The notes below the pieces were generated by a model. The model had not been told where the DNA came from. It searched no databases and worked only from the letters and a program-made list of their open reading frames with translations. DNA of 64,000 nucleotides from Amoebidium appalachense. Its lineage: Eukaryota > Protista > Ichthyosporea. Positions within the stretch are counted from its first letter, which is position 1. Every line of letters begins with the position of its first letter. The stretch is taken from the NCBI GenBank assembly GCA_963693365.1, contig CAVNZM010000009.1:452963-516962 (forward strand), read 5' to 3'. Position numbers and translations under genes: made by a program. This document shows positions 41,047-55,560 of this stretch, in pieces.

Positions 41047-41297
41047 TACTACTTTTTTGGGTCATAGGCGAGAAGCTTCTGTATCAGATCAAACAGTTGG
41101 CAGGTCAGGGGGTCGTCTGGCTGCAGGTTGAGCTTCTGTGTGGGTGGTGTGGTGTGAGCTATGGCCTATCAAGTGTTTGTGGTCTGTGCATCTGCTTGTG
41201 TCTGTGTGCCTGTGTGCACAACACTGCAGGATGCAGAGGTATGTGGCCACAGCTACAAACCACTGCATCTTTAAAATCACGCTCCAAGTCCCCGTCC

Positions 41298-41336
<39 letters not shown>

Positions 41337-41811
41337 ACAAACCCCCAAACCGCCCTCCCCGCCTTCCTCTCCCTGTTTTCCTCCCATCCCAGCCGTCCCT
41401 TTACCCTTCCTCTTCTCTGCTAAGTGACGCATCCAACCAACACAGCTTTGCACAAGCTTAGCCACTGCCAGCTACCCTTTTCTCCCTCTCTTCCTTTCTT
41501 CTCCTCCCCCCCCCTCCCCACCTCCCCCCCCCCACCCCCCTCCCTTCCCCCCCTCAAAAACGAAAAGCCAAAGAAAAACAATACACACGCCCGCACGCAC
41601 GCGCAAACATGCATACACACACACGCACGAACGCCCATGCACACATGCACACACACACATACGCACATTTACACACACACACAACAACAACAGCCAACCA
41701 CACACACACGCACACGTACGTACACGCATACACACACACACGTACATTCATACGCACACGCCCATGCGCACACCCACATGCATGCAGGCACAGACGCACA
41801 CACGAGCACAC

Positions 41812-41847
<36 letters not shown>

Positions 41848-42234
41848 GTACGTGCAAGGGCTGGCACTGCTCTGTGACAAATGTGACGCTCTCCTCGCTG
41901 GACGCCAGGTCGGGCCAGTCCAGGTTGTCCCCTTTGAAGTACTTCTTCTTTCTGCTCAGACACAGTCAAAACACTGCCTGTGTTTCCAAGCAACATTTCC
42001 AGGACACAAGACTGCCAACAACAGAATATGGTATGCTGGCCTGCCAAACAAACCCAGCAACATCTAACAAGACTAGACAAATATGCAAATAGACTATAAA
42101 GAGAATACCCCGAACGAGCAAAGACCAGAGACAAAAAAAATGGCACCGAAGAACAGCACCAGGCACATGCCACCCTTAATAGCATGCCAACACAACCAGT
42201 GCCGGCCCATCCCTCCCCCCCCTCCCCCCCCCCC

Positions 42235-42265
<31 letters not shown>

Positions 42266-43164
42266 GCGTACCTCGCGTCGTGGACCATAGCAGCAGGGAT
42301 CTTGCCCAGGATGGCCTCCATCATGGCCAGGTGCTCCATGTTCTCGTGCGTCTGCACGTGCACAGTCAGGCCACATGCACACCCCCTGCTTGCCTTCCTT
42401 GCCCCATGTGCCCTCTAACATCCCGACCACGACATCTCCCCCCCTCATCCCCCCTCCCCCTCCCCCTTCCCCCCCCTCCCCCAACAAACCCACACCCACA
42501 CCCACACACCCCATCCCCCCCCCCCACACACACACACATACACACACACACACACTCACAGCTTTCCCTTCTTTAACAACACGTCCAATGCGCATCCACT
42601 CACCCAAGCAAACATCAATCCAACCTTCCCCCCCCCCCCCCCCCCTCCATCCCTTCATGTGCATTCACACCACAAGATTGGTTCGGTAAGATAGGGAGAA
42701 ATATGGCGGCAGAGTAAACCCACCCACCTGGAACAGTGCATCTCCCGTGTAAAGCTCCGCCAGGATGCAGCCCACAGACCACATGTCGCAGGGGTACGAC
42801 CACGGTATCTCTGCACGTGCACGTCAGAACGAGGGATGGTGGGGGGCAGGTAGTGCAACGGCTAGGCCCCGGAAGTAAGGGAAAAAGTTAATTCATCATA
42901 AGGTGCCCGAGGATTGGTGTATAAACGAGTGGATTAGCTTTATTTAGTGACTGGATCGAGGTGGGAAAAAAGAAGTTGGAGCGCTAGGCCCCAGAAGTGC
43001 AGGGTAAACAAGCAGCCTGTGAGGGAGGGTGTGGGGGTTGAAACACGTGCAAGCGTCCTTCAGAAGAATGGGGTGGTGGGTGGGTGTGTCTGGGGTGCCA
43101 GGGAGGAAGACGGCATAAGGGGAGAAAGAGGGTGTGTGTGTGGGTGTGTGGGTGTGTGGGGAAA

Positions 43165-43196
<32 letters not shown>

Positions 43197-43935
43197 GGGG
43201 GGCGAGCAAGTGCACCAGGCATACACTCACAATTCAAAACGGACAACACAAGTGGAAGTTTCCCTATGCCTACAGCCGGTTGCAACATGGATATGTGCAT
43301 GCATGCGTATGTGTGTATTCACGTGTGTAACAATGATTAAATGTGCCTGTGCGCTTGCGCACGTACGTGTGTGTGTGTGCGTCTGTGTGTGTCTATGGGA
43401 CCCATGCACAGCGTACCGAGGATGACCTCTGGTGCCCTGTAGTGGCGTGTGGACACTATGCGTGTGTGGTGCTGGTCCTCCCACGTGGCAGACCCAAGGT
43501 CGATCAGCTGGATGTCGACCTGCCGCAGTCGCTGGATGCACACCCCCTGTGATTCGCCCAGTATCATGCAGTGCCCATGTGTGTTGGGGGTAGGACATGT
43601 GCAACTGTGTGCATGCATGATGCATGTGGGCCTACGACATGTGCCACTGTTTGATTGCTGCTAGCTGATAGGTCATGCATATGTGGCTGTGACACAATCC
43701 ATCCGCCCTTCTGTATGCATGGAAATCACACCAAAACCCAGCAAAGAACAAATTTGCAAAGTGGGTCCACACCCTCCTTTACGTACCCACATGCAAGCCT
43801 CACAAGACCGGACATAAACACCCCACACCCACCTTTTGTGCAACGTGACCAGATGACTGCCTTGGAAATACCACAGCACCAGACAAACCCCCTTCTCCCC
43901 CCCCTCCCCCCCCCCCCCCCGGTCTCCCCCCTTCC

Positions 43936-43966
<31 letters not shown>

Positions 43967-44525
43967 ATACACACACATCTCCTTAACATGACCCTTTCAA
44001 CACCACACACATCCAAACACTCACCACGCCGTCCTTGTCTTTAACCATGACGTCATTCGAGTCGTCTCTTATGAACAATATGTTCTCGGGCTTGAGGTCC
44101 GTGTGCGTCAGCTTGATGCTGTGCATGACTGTGTGTGTAGGTGGGTAAACGTTAGGCATGCAGATGTGGTACATGACTGTGGGTGTAAATGGTTGAAAGT
44201 GAGACATGAACAAACGCTAGGCATGCAGACGTGGTACATGACTGTGGGTATAAATGGTTGAAAGTGAGACATGAGCACGTGGTATAGAACACGAGGCACA
44301 CATTTCCGATGGTCAACACGATGTAGATTTTGCAGAAGAGGACACATACAGAAGCTATGTATCATAAGTTAGAGTCAATCCTCAAGAGGGACTCAAATTA
44401 TACAGAGTCTGCGGGCATCGACCCGTTCATCATACATGTGAAAGCAGACTCAGGTAATGTTTCACTCGAACACAAGATGGTTAGTTGGTAGTGGTGGCGG
44501 CGGCGGCGGTGTGTGTGTGTGTGTG

Positions 44526-44558
<33 letters not shown>

Positions 44559-44752
44559 CTAGAATGTGTCAGAGAGTACAAAGTACACATAGTATCATCC
44601 ATAGCGGAAAACAAAATGCAGAGGGGTTCAGGGCAACGAAGAATGGGACAGGAGGCAGGCAGGGCATGGGGGGGGGGGGGGGGGGGGGAATGGTGTTCCA
44701 TATCCTCCGTGTCTTTCATTGAGGGAGATGAGTGAAGGCCGTGTTTTTTTGT

Positions 44753-44787
<35 letters not shown>

Positions 44788-44794
44788 TGCGTGT

Positions 44795-44837
<43 letters not shown>

Positions 44838-45445
44838 TATGGTACATTTTATAGCCCTTATGAGCTGGTAGGTGATGATCTGGATCTGGTCGACGGGGAA
44901 GGGGTGGAAGTCGTTCTGCTTGAGGAAGTCGAAGATGCTGAGGCCCAGTAGGTCAAACACCATGCACACGTGCTGCTGGTGCTCGAACCACGACAGCAGC
45001 TGGATGATCTGGCTGTAAAAGGAAAAAAAAACGTGGGTGTTTTGCGCAAATGGCAGCAGTGGAAAAAAGGGTGGGTGTTTTGCGCAAAGGGCAACAGGAA
45101 AGAGGGTGAGTGTTTTGCGCAAACGGCAATAGTGGGAAAGAGGGTAGGTGGTTTGCGCAAATGGCAGTGGCGAGAAGAGGGTATATGTTTTGCGCAAATG
45201 GCAACAGCGGGAAAGCGGTTGAGTGTTTTGTGCAAAGAACAGCAAGAAAGAAGGTGAGTGTTTTGGGCAAAGGACATTAAGCATATATCTACAGCTCTTG
45301 ACCACATCTAGTGCTTCATGGCAACGTCCCTCCCCACAAAGAAAAAATAAATAATAATAAAAACATAAATAAATAAACAAATGGATAAATAAATAAATAA
45401 AATAAAGACATGGGGAATTGCCCGTCACCATCACTACCCCTGCCA

Positions 45446-45477
<32 letters not shown>

Positions 45478-46290
45478 CACACACACACCAAACACACACA
45501 CATACACCCACACACCTCCCGATCCCCCCCCCCCCCCCCCCCCCCCCCCCAACACCCACACACACACACACACACACACCTCCCCACCTCCCCCACTCCC
45601 CCCAAACACCCACACACCCACACACACACCCACACCCACACCCACACACACACTTTTTGTTATCCGGGTCCTTCTTCTTCAGTTTCTCTAGTATGTCTAT
45701 CTCGACCTCAGCAGCACTGCGATACTTCTCCACATTGCGGATGACCTTCACCGCAACCACCTTGCCTGTCTGCACGTGCTTGCACCCCACCACCTTGCCA
45801 AACGTCCCCTCTCCCAGCGTGCTCGTCACCTTGTCTGCAAGTGCATGTGTGAGCCTCTCACGTGTGTTTGTGTGTTGTTGTCACAATGAACCCTTCCTCC
45901 CCCTCCCCCCCCCTCCCCCCCCCCCCCCCCCCCCCCCCCGCCCCTCCCCCCTCTTCCCCCCTCTCAAAGTGGCTTTGCTTCCCCACCCACCCCCGGGGCC
46001 GTGGTGGAGAGGGATTTCGATATTCTTTATTTTCGATCTAGTTTTATATGATTTTATATTTATTTATTTTTTGGTGGTCTAGAATCACATTCATACTCCT
46101 GATTCCCTATCTCCATTTTTTTTATGCAACACCCTCTATCGTCCTTCAATTCCTCTCCTTCCCACGCCAGAAAGCACACCACCCACAGTCTAGACCTCTT
46201 GCTTGACATTTGCATCTGTGTGTGGCTCTGCGTATGTGCCTGTGTATGTGTGCCTGTGTGCTGGTGGGTATATGTGTCGTGTGTGTGTGT

Positions 46291-46331
<41 letters not shown>

Positions 46332-47878
46332 CATTCGTCATGGATGATGTCACCCTTCCTGATGATCAGATGACCGTCCACATCATCCCCTCTGCCCGAC
46401 TTCTCCTTGTGATCTCGTGACTTTCTCTTCTCCTTGCCCGAATGTGAACTCCTCTCCCCGTCCCTCTTCTTCCCATGCCCCCTTTCCTTCTCCCTACCGC
46501 TATCTCTGGCTCTGTCTCTCTCCTTCTCTCTTGTTCTATCCCTACTCCGGCGCCTTTCCCTCTCCGGACTTCTATCCCTGTTTCTATCTCTCTCCCTATC
46601 TCTGTCTCTGTCTCTCTCCCTATCCCTCTCTCTGTCCCTTTGTCTCTCCCACTCCCTCTCTCTATCTCTGTTTCTATCCCAATCTCTGTACCTATCCCTC
46701 TCCTTTGGTCGGGGCTGTGACCGGCTTCTAGGCGGGGGAGCGACTTCTAGTCCTGTGATGTCTCATCTGTGGCCAAAATGGAAGGGGCAGCCATACATCA
46801 GAACTATGGTGTATTGGATAGGTAAACATGAACTAGGGGGGAAAGGGCGTCAGAGAGGGACGGACACTATACAGATATTGTGTCAGACATCGGCTTCTCG
46901 TGCCAAATGATGGTTTTCGGTTTTCAAATCTAATATTACTCCCAGGCCGGGCCCGCCAAACATCCCCCCCCCCTCCCCCCCCCCCCTCCCCTCCCCATAC
47001 ACCTCACCTCGCCACTTCCCCCCTCCTCCAGACAAACACAAACGCACAGAGACACAACCATGGACACGCACATAAATACACACAAAAAAGGGATTGTGCA
47101 CACAAACACACAAACCAATACCACATGCGGACTCCCCACACTTGGCTAAACCATAAGCCATCCATGTGCATAAAACCACTTCTTCACCGCCACCGCAAAT
47201 CTTTTGTCAAGCACAGCAGTGACACATGCAACCACACCCACACATAGTAAAACATCCACATCTGCCGTTTGCAAGAGTAAAAGTCCCCCTTCAAACCCCC
47301 CTCCCCCCTCCTCCTCCCCTGCTCCACCTCCCCCCTTCACATCGGCCCTTCCCCCCATTCCTACCTTGGTGCCCAGGGCCTGCACCCACGTCTTGCATCA
47401 CCATCTCCTCCCCCCCCTCCCCCCTCTCCCCTCCCCTCCCCCTCCCCTCCCCCCCCACAAGAAAAAAGGTGTGATTGCGGGAAAATCGTGGGTTTCTATC
47501 ACTCTTACAGAGGACACGAACCCTACGTCACGTACCTCTGAATTTCTCGTACAGGCTACAGATGAAACATCGGTCAGCGAGTCAGTGGAGCGAAAGAGCG
47601 GCACAGATAGGTTCACCGCTGAGTCTGTTGGGAGACCACACCATAAGAATGTACTGTTAGTATTGAGTTGTTATCAGACGCAGATTTTGTCTACATACTA
47701 TTAGCAGCAAACACATTATGGTAAGCTGAACCAAATGGAACCAGAGGCAGCAAGCTTCCCAGTGTTTGTTTAGAAATGCCTTGTGCCTCTTGATTGGTGA
47801 AATCATGCTACCTATATAAGGAAAGAAGCACCTTAAATAACAGAAGCATTTTGCATAGAATATCATCTTGATAATGCT

Positions 47879-47917
<39 letters not shown>

Positions 47918-48088
47918 GAGTGCCTTCATGCAACAGAACAAAAGGAATAAACCATGCCTCCTGTACAGAGGGAGGCGTGTCTATAAATTGCTACGTGCGT
48001 GTGCTATCGAGCGATCGTTCCATACATTGCTGTCGTCTTCAAACTTCATTTGCGTTAGGTTACCCTGCAGGCACCGCCAAGCGATCAT
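40696..48088 (-). CDS. CLK/LAMMER dual-specificity kinase with RS/RD-rich N-terminus (10 well-supported exons from ~46766; the two 5'-most exons are tentative)
   Basis: Spliced exons give [101 protein letters not shown] (LAMMER motif), [20 protein letters not shown]. Confidence 0.93.
44363..44451 (-). ncRNA. Putative structured intronic element, copy A (homologous to 56850-57010)
   Basis: Stem GAGTCTGC/GCAGACTC enclosing two hairpins, plus a terminal hairpin GAGTC-CCTCTTGAGG-ATT-GACTC; motifs shared in order with copy B. Confidence 0.4.
45036..45272. repeat. Degenerate 35-38-bp minisatellite, ~7 units, palindromic core TTTGCGCAAA, next to a CLK acceptor
   Basis: Units GTGTTTTGCGCAAA(T/G/C)GGCA..AAAGAGGGT are visible. 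Confidence 0.85.
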
Positions 48089-49370
48089 GGTACCGTGAAT
48101 GCAATCTCTTTGTGCACCCACACCACCCTCACGAAATGAAACTTCATGAAGCTAGAGTTTCAGCCATACAGCCGCAGCAGTCTCACTTCTTCCCTAATCG
48201 TATTCTTATCCGTCCCGCTTTCACCACCTACGCTTATTTTTCCACAGAGAACAGAGAAACATCAAGAAAGGGGCCACCCACCAAACATACGTCGCACACC
48301 ACCCCCAACCACTCGCAGGAACTTGTCAAATGACATAGTTTTGGCGCTTTAAAACCTCCCTGCGCGTCATCACCATCTTTTATCAAGACACAGAGAGCCT
48401 AACCGAACTAATCTTATACATCATTCACTCAAATGTTCCTGCTCCCAATTTACACTATAACTCGCCCTCAAAGTTGAAAACTTAGTTTGGAAAAGGCTTG
48501 GATCAAAAGGGTGGGTGCGTAGCAATGATTGCGCCTTGAAAACGCCCCATAGACGAGTCTCCCAACACCTAGGCTCAACGAGATATACAAATATTTGCAA
48601 AAACTATCCCAGAGTTATGGGCAGTGGAGGTATACCGGTACATATCGGCACAGGCTCAGATGATATGTAACCACAAAGTCGGGAAGTTTTTATCAGTTGT
48701 GCTGCAGTGGCAGTTTTCATGTCTGTACAGGTCACATACATAGATTATTAACTTTTATTTACCCATTTTACAAGACCATTGTTGATTTCTAAACAAGACA
48801 TGTTTGTTTGCGCATGCGCCCAGCCTATCTCTACCTGATGCATATCAAAGCCCACGAGCTAATTTTTTCCTTCTTTTTTTCTTTTCGTTTTATTCTTTTT
48901 TTTTCTTTGCAAACTTTTTTGTTTTTTTTTTCCGTTCTCAGAGGGAGAGAGGGAGGAAGGGAGGGTGAGGGAGGCAGAGAGGGAGAGTTAGAGAGGAGGG
49001 GGAGGAGGGGCCCGGGGGAGGGGACTGGTGAGGGAGGGAGGGAGGAGGCCCGGGGGACTGTGGGTGGGTGGGTGGGTGGGTGGGTGGGTGGGTGGGTGGG
49101 GGGAGGGGGGGGGGGGGGGGGGGGGAAAGGAGGGGAGGGGGATAGTGGCGGACATCCAACTCAGTCAGACTGCCCAGGGCAGGATGCCTGTCACTGCTTC
49201 GAAAAAACCAAGAACCCGGTGACGGTATATATGCAGGAAGAACCTGAAAATTTGAAATTTAGATTCGGACCTGGTCGTACGCGTGGATATCGCAAAAAGC
49301 GTGTATATACAAAACCTAATGCAACACGTACAGATATATACTATCGGATATCATCTGTGCGTTTTTTTTT

Positions 49371-49576
49371 TCTTTTGACTGGATTTATTCAACCGAGGGA
49401 GATGCAAGTATGCTCGGCATACTCAGAGGGCAACAAAGAAGGGGGGGGGGGGGGGGGGGGGGGGGGGAGGAGGAGGATATTTTACGAGTTATCCAGACGT
49501 TTTTTCCCTGTCTGGATATCTCGCACCAAGATCAATTAGCCACAAATTGATATTCACTGCATGCACAGCACTTTTA
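49371..49576. mobile_element. Fragment of a dispersed repeat / DNA transposon family (also at 62039-62301)
   Basis: Shared TCTTTTGACTGGATTTATTC..ATGCAAGTATGC.CGGCATACT..ACGAGTTAT; ends in ACAGCACTTTTA, the reverse complement of the start of the other copy. Confidence 0.55.
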
Positions 49577-50198
49577 CGTGCTCTCTGAGCGGCCGCATAC
49601 ACGTGTGTGTGTGCGTGCGTGTGCTCGTGCATGTGCGTGCTCAGGGCCGGACGTGTGTGCATGTGTGCGAATGGCTGCATGTGAATGTGTCGGTCTGTTC
49701 ATGTGTTTCACCAACCGGTTGATCGTATCCGTTTATATATGTATCCCAGATAACGGGCATTTCACCTTTTTGTGCATCCTGTGCAATTTTTTTGGAATAT
49801 TCGAGAAGGGCAAAAAACGAGACATTGGTGGCCAAAAACACCCATTTCCAGATAACGGATATGAGAAGAATCACTGAAATTCGTATACGTGGCTAATACC
49901 TAAACAACAATTTACATCAGTGAATAATGCCATATCTGCTTTCTTGAAATGTGTAAATCTATCTTGTCTTGAACTTTCACGCTCAGAAAAAAGACCCCAC
50001 TCAGGACCCCTTTTGCAAACCATTATCCCATCAGGTATCTCGATCCATCACGTACAAAAAAATAAAAACGGTCCTTGGTTGTAGTAAAGCCCTGTGTGCA
50101 TGTCGGCCCAAAGACGTGCCCCGATGCATAATGAATCCCATCCAACCCCCCCCCCCCCCCCCTCCCCCCCCCTCCCCTCCCATTCATGCAAATTTCAA

Positions 50199-50487
50199 TC
50201 AAACCAAATTATCCAATCTCGCCCCCCTATTCTCTCCCAGTTCATCATCACTCTGCTCCGTATCCGATCCATCCCCCTTCTCCTCATTCCTCTGGTCTTC
50301 ATATTCTTCCGGTGAATCGGTTAGTGCATAAAATTCCTCGGTCTTTTTCCATTCTTTGTAGTGTTGGTGGTGAGTTCCTTCGAGTGTTTTCGTGGCTAAG
50401 AGGTCGGTAATTTGGTGGTTCTGTGGGTCGTAGAAGTAGGGGATGCTGCCTAGTTCACCGTCATAGCGATTCTTCATGACCTGTATG

Positions 50488-50523
<36 letters not shown>

Positions 50524-50550
50524 GCGTGTGCGTGTGCGTGTGTGTGTACG

Positions 50551-50646
<96 letters not shown>

Positions 50647-51077
50647 CGTGTGCGTGTGCGTGTGTGTGTGGTGTGTGTGTCCATGTGTGTACGCACATAA
50701 GCGTGTGTTCATATGTGGTGTAGCAGGGTACGTGTGTGCATTTGCAGTTTCAGTTTGCCAAATTGCATGCATGTGCATGTGCATCTGTGTGTTTGACATG
50801 GGGGTGGAGGGGTGAAACCCTAAGAGGAGGGGGGAAGGTGGGGGAGGGGAGGGGGGGGGGGGGGGGGGGGGGCTAGCAGGTGGGTATCCAGGGGTTTTTA
50901 ATTATGGTGGTTACACACCAAAAAAGGCCCAATGGATCGATGGATGCACATCAGAAGTCGAGGCATTGGACAGTGTAGGTAAATATATAGGTGAGGGTGG
51001 AGGCAAGCCGAGCAAGAAGCATAACATGCCGAGAATCAAATCAAAGCAAAAAAGAAAAAAAAAACGGGCACAGCAAG

Positions 51078-51125
<48 letters not shown>

Positions 51126-51271
51126 CCATCCCTAGGGCATTTTTTTGGTGTGCCCTCCCCTACCGTCTCCCCCATTCCAGCTTCCGTCTATATTGCCTAT
51201 TGCTCCCCTCCTCCCCTTCCCCGGGCTCCCCCCTCCTTCTTCCTCCCCCAGACCCCGCTAACACGTACACG

Positions 51272-51307
<36 letters not shown>

Positions 51308-51405
51308 GAGAGAGGGGGAGAGAGAGACACACATACACAGACAGACAGACCCTCCCACATGCACGTGTGTGTACACATGCACACCCACACACACACACAG
51401 TACAC

Positions 51406-51500
<95 letters not shown>

Positions 51501-51605
51501 GCACACCCGCGTATTCACACACAAGTATGCGCGCGCGATCATGCACGCACGCACGTGCACGCGCACACGCGTACGCACGCATGCACACACACACACACAC
51601 ACATA

Positions 51606-51672
<67 letters not shown>

Positions 51673-53162
51673 GCAGTATCCTGCACCGTCCCCAGTTCTG
51701 CAGCACCAACACATTGTCTGCCTCCTGACTGGCCTTTGGTGTTCCCCCGATGGACGACAACTCCAACTGTTCCTTATCGGAGACCTTTTTTGGGTGGATA
51801 ACGAGAGTCACGTGCACGTTGTGTGTGCTGGCAAAGCGGCGCAGTTGGCTGATAAGCATGTCTTGACGGTCGAATCGGTCAAATCGGTTGCCCTCCCTGT
51901 GCAGGCAGAGGGGGTGTGAGTGGTGGTGGGGGCTGTAGAGTTTTCAGTTTTTTGGTCTCCGCTTGAGAGGCCTGGACCCTGTATGTCTGTCTCTCTCCCT
52001 CGTCTCTATGTTTATCTCTATCTCTCCCCCTCTCCTCCCCTCTCCCAACTCGCTCTCCCTCTCCCCCTCCCTCTTTCCTTCTCTCCTTCTCGTCCTGCCT
52101 CCCGCTTCCCCCCTCCCTCCCTCCCCTTTCCCTCCCTCCCCCCCTCCCCCTCCCCTCCCCCCCCCCTCCCTCCCTCCCTCCCTCCCTCCCTCCCTCCCTC
52201 CCTCCCTCCCTCCCTCCCTCTCTCTCTCTTCTCCCCCCCTCACTCCCCCCCCCCCCCTTTCCCCGCCCCTAACCGCCGCTTCAGCACCTCCTCCACCTCC
52301 CCCCTTTTTCCTCTCCTTCATTCACGTTTCAAAGCTGAGTGTGTCAAGAGAAGATACCCCGTGGTGGGTGGTTGGGTGTTGCATCTAGATATAGATAGAC
52401 ATGCATAGGTAAATCCATAGATATAGATCGACATATACATAGCACCTATACATAAATAGGGGGATCAATGCACATTGTGATAACATAATACATAACAGAT
52501 CTACATACGTAACACAGATACACAGCACATATCCATACATAACAGATACACTGCACATACGTTGTAGTCAGCTTGAAATGCAACGGTTGTCCAGCAGAAA
52601 AACGGTCCACAGATATACATAAATACAAACACAGGACATATACCTGGAAAAAATGGACAACCATATAAAAAAACATGTTTTTACATAGATACGCCACACA
52701 TATCCATGCATAACACACACAGCACGTACGTTGTAGCCAGCATGAACTGCAGGTTATCCAATAGGAAATGGCCCACATTCTGCTGGTAGGCCGCATGCTC
52801 CATTGTCTGCAGCACATCCCCGATGCTGCTGGCCCCAAAGTACTCCATGAACCAGAGTGGCAGCCCATCGAATCGGGCCATGGCCTGCTCAAACGTGGCC
52901 CGGTCCACATTGTCCAGGCTCGACCCGTGCTGCATGGTCAGCATCTTCTTGGCCAGCCGGTAGTTTGGGATCTCAAAGCTGCCCCAAAGTGTGCGCACGC
53001 CCGCTGTGCGTGTATGTGTATGGGAGGGGGAAGGGGCGGAGGGAGGAGGAGGAGGGGGGGGGGGGGCGGAGGAGAACACCGGAATGGGAGGGGGGGGGGG
53101 GGGATGAAGGCATCAGCAAACATAGCAGAAAGCATCCCCCCCCCCCCCCCCTCCCCCGCCCC

Positions 53163-53217
<55 letters not shown>

Positions 53218-54146
53218 ACACCGCTCCGGTCACCAGCACCCACCCACCCACCCGCCTAACCCCCACCACACTGTCCCCTCCTCCACAAGCACATCACACT
53301 GCCTCTCCCTCATGCCTTACAGTCATCCCCCCCCCCCCCCCCCTCCTCCCCCCCCCCCCCCCACACACACACACACACACACACCACACACCCCCTTCCT
53401 CCTTCCCACTTCCCCCCCTTCACCTCCCCTTCATACCCAACCGAGCAAGCACATACAGTTCATGCAGTAGTCTGTAGAGAGCGCACTCAGGATGCTAGTC
53501 TTTCCCGCCCCCGTTGGCCCCGTCACCACCGTCAGCTCTCCGCTTCTGAATCCCTTCAGCACACGGTGGAGGGTGGGCAGGACCGTGCAGGGTAGACCCC
53601 TTTGGTTGCCGCTGACTTGCGTGTCTCTGAAAGGGGTGTGTGTGTGTGTGTGTGTGTTGGAAGCGGAAATGGGGGGGGGGGGGGGGGGGGGTGAATGTGT
53701 TACGGGAGGTACGAAGGCACATCCATGACGGACGAAACAATGCAAATACTGCAGAAAACATACACAGGGAGCATGCATTGTAACGAGAGGAGCATTAGCA
53801 GTGTGTTTGGAATGGCAATTAGAAAGGAGGCAAGATGTGGGCAGCATGATGAAAGATATTTACCCAATCAAAATCAGCCAAAATCTTACGGGCCACTTTT
53901 GGCAATTGGGTAACCATAAAAGATTAGTCTTGTCACCTTGCTGGTTAACTTTGACACCCCGTAAAATGCTGCAGCGCTGCCTGCAGGACCATTATTTCTA
54001 CAAAACAAAATAACTTATAAGCTTTCAGGAATAATGTGGTTTACGACAAAAAAGGTGCTTTTAGGGAATGATAACATCTCTACAAATTCAGCCAGCCAGA
54101 AGGGCAAGTACGCTGGTGTGGGCATGAACGTGATATGCAGAAGGCA

Positions 54147-54179
<33 letters not shown>

Positions 54180-55529
54180 TGGACTCGGGGGGAGGGGGGC
54201 GGGGGGAGGGGGGGGGGGGGGGGAGGGGGAGAAGGGGGGGGGGGGGGGGGGGGGATGGATGGAGACACCATTTAGCGTTAAAGGAAACAGAGGGCAGGGG
54301 AGCATCAAAGACGGTAGAGGTGTGTGAATGGATGGTGCAAGGGTGTGCGGAAGTGATGCTTTTAGGAGAATGGTCGTGCCCCACCCCCCAGTCATGTGTG
54401 CACTATCAGGTGGATTAAGATGTTGAATATGTTGAGTGTGGGAGGGGGGGGAGGGGGAAGGGGGGCGGCGGGGGGGGGAGGGGTGTCCGTGTGTGTGCGG
54501 GTGTCAATTTGTCTCTGTGTGTGTGATTATGTCATGCTTTTGTTTGGATACACATTCAAACCCGGGAATGTTTGTGAGTGCAGGCAGGCCGGGGACAAGG
54601 GGAATAATGCAAGTACGCACATCCCCTACCCTGCGATGTGCCTGCACCCCCACACCCCCATGCACAAGCGCATGCCCGTGCCTGTCTCTGCACGTGCACG
54701 TACCTGTAGATGTCGTCACTCAGTGCAGTCACGTGCACCACGTGGTTGCTAGGCAACGGCCTGGCCGTCTCAATCAACCCATTAACCCCAGCACTGTGGC
54801 CCCACCCACCAGTTACCACATCTGGACCACGGAAAAGGGGGAAAAAAACAAGAAACCTCCACCCCCCACCTCACCCCCATTCCTTCCCCCCCCTCCTCCC
54901 TCCCACACACACACACACACATACACACAGACACACACACACACACACACAACACACACACACACACACACACTTACACGTTCCCCCTCTCCCACCTCCT
55001 CCTTTCCCTCTCATAGCGTCCGTGGCCATAGCCCACAATAGGTGCTACAACATGGCAGGGCATATAAATTATATGGCCATGCCACTGCATTTAATTCTCC
55101 TTTCCCCTCTATACTGCCCCACAATCACACCGGCCAGCACCCACAGACGTGCCTATCTGCGTAAAAACGGACATAAACACATCCCTAATCACACCCAAAC
55201 TCACACCCATGCGCCTACGCCCATCTAATAAACCCACCCAAACACCTAACAGCCACCCTCACATCCAACCCACACACACACACACACACACACATCAAAA
55301 CCCCCTTCCCCCCCCCCCCTCCGACGCCTCCCCCCACACCCCATACCCACACACACACATGCACACACACACCCACACAAAATTACACACCACATTCATA
55401 AACACGTGTAGCACCCACACCCATAAACACCCCCACACACACAAGCACACCCACATACCACCAACCCCCCCCCCCCCCCCTCCACCCCAACCCACCCTAC
55501 CCCCCTTCTCACCCTCTCCTCCCATCCCC

Positions 55530-55560
<31 letters not shown>

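Noticed and set aside
45036-45272. CRISPR-like look (palindromic repeat with variable spacers)
   Set aside because: Spacers are homologous to each other, the context is a eukaryotic intron, and there are no cas genes.
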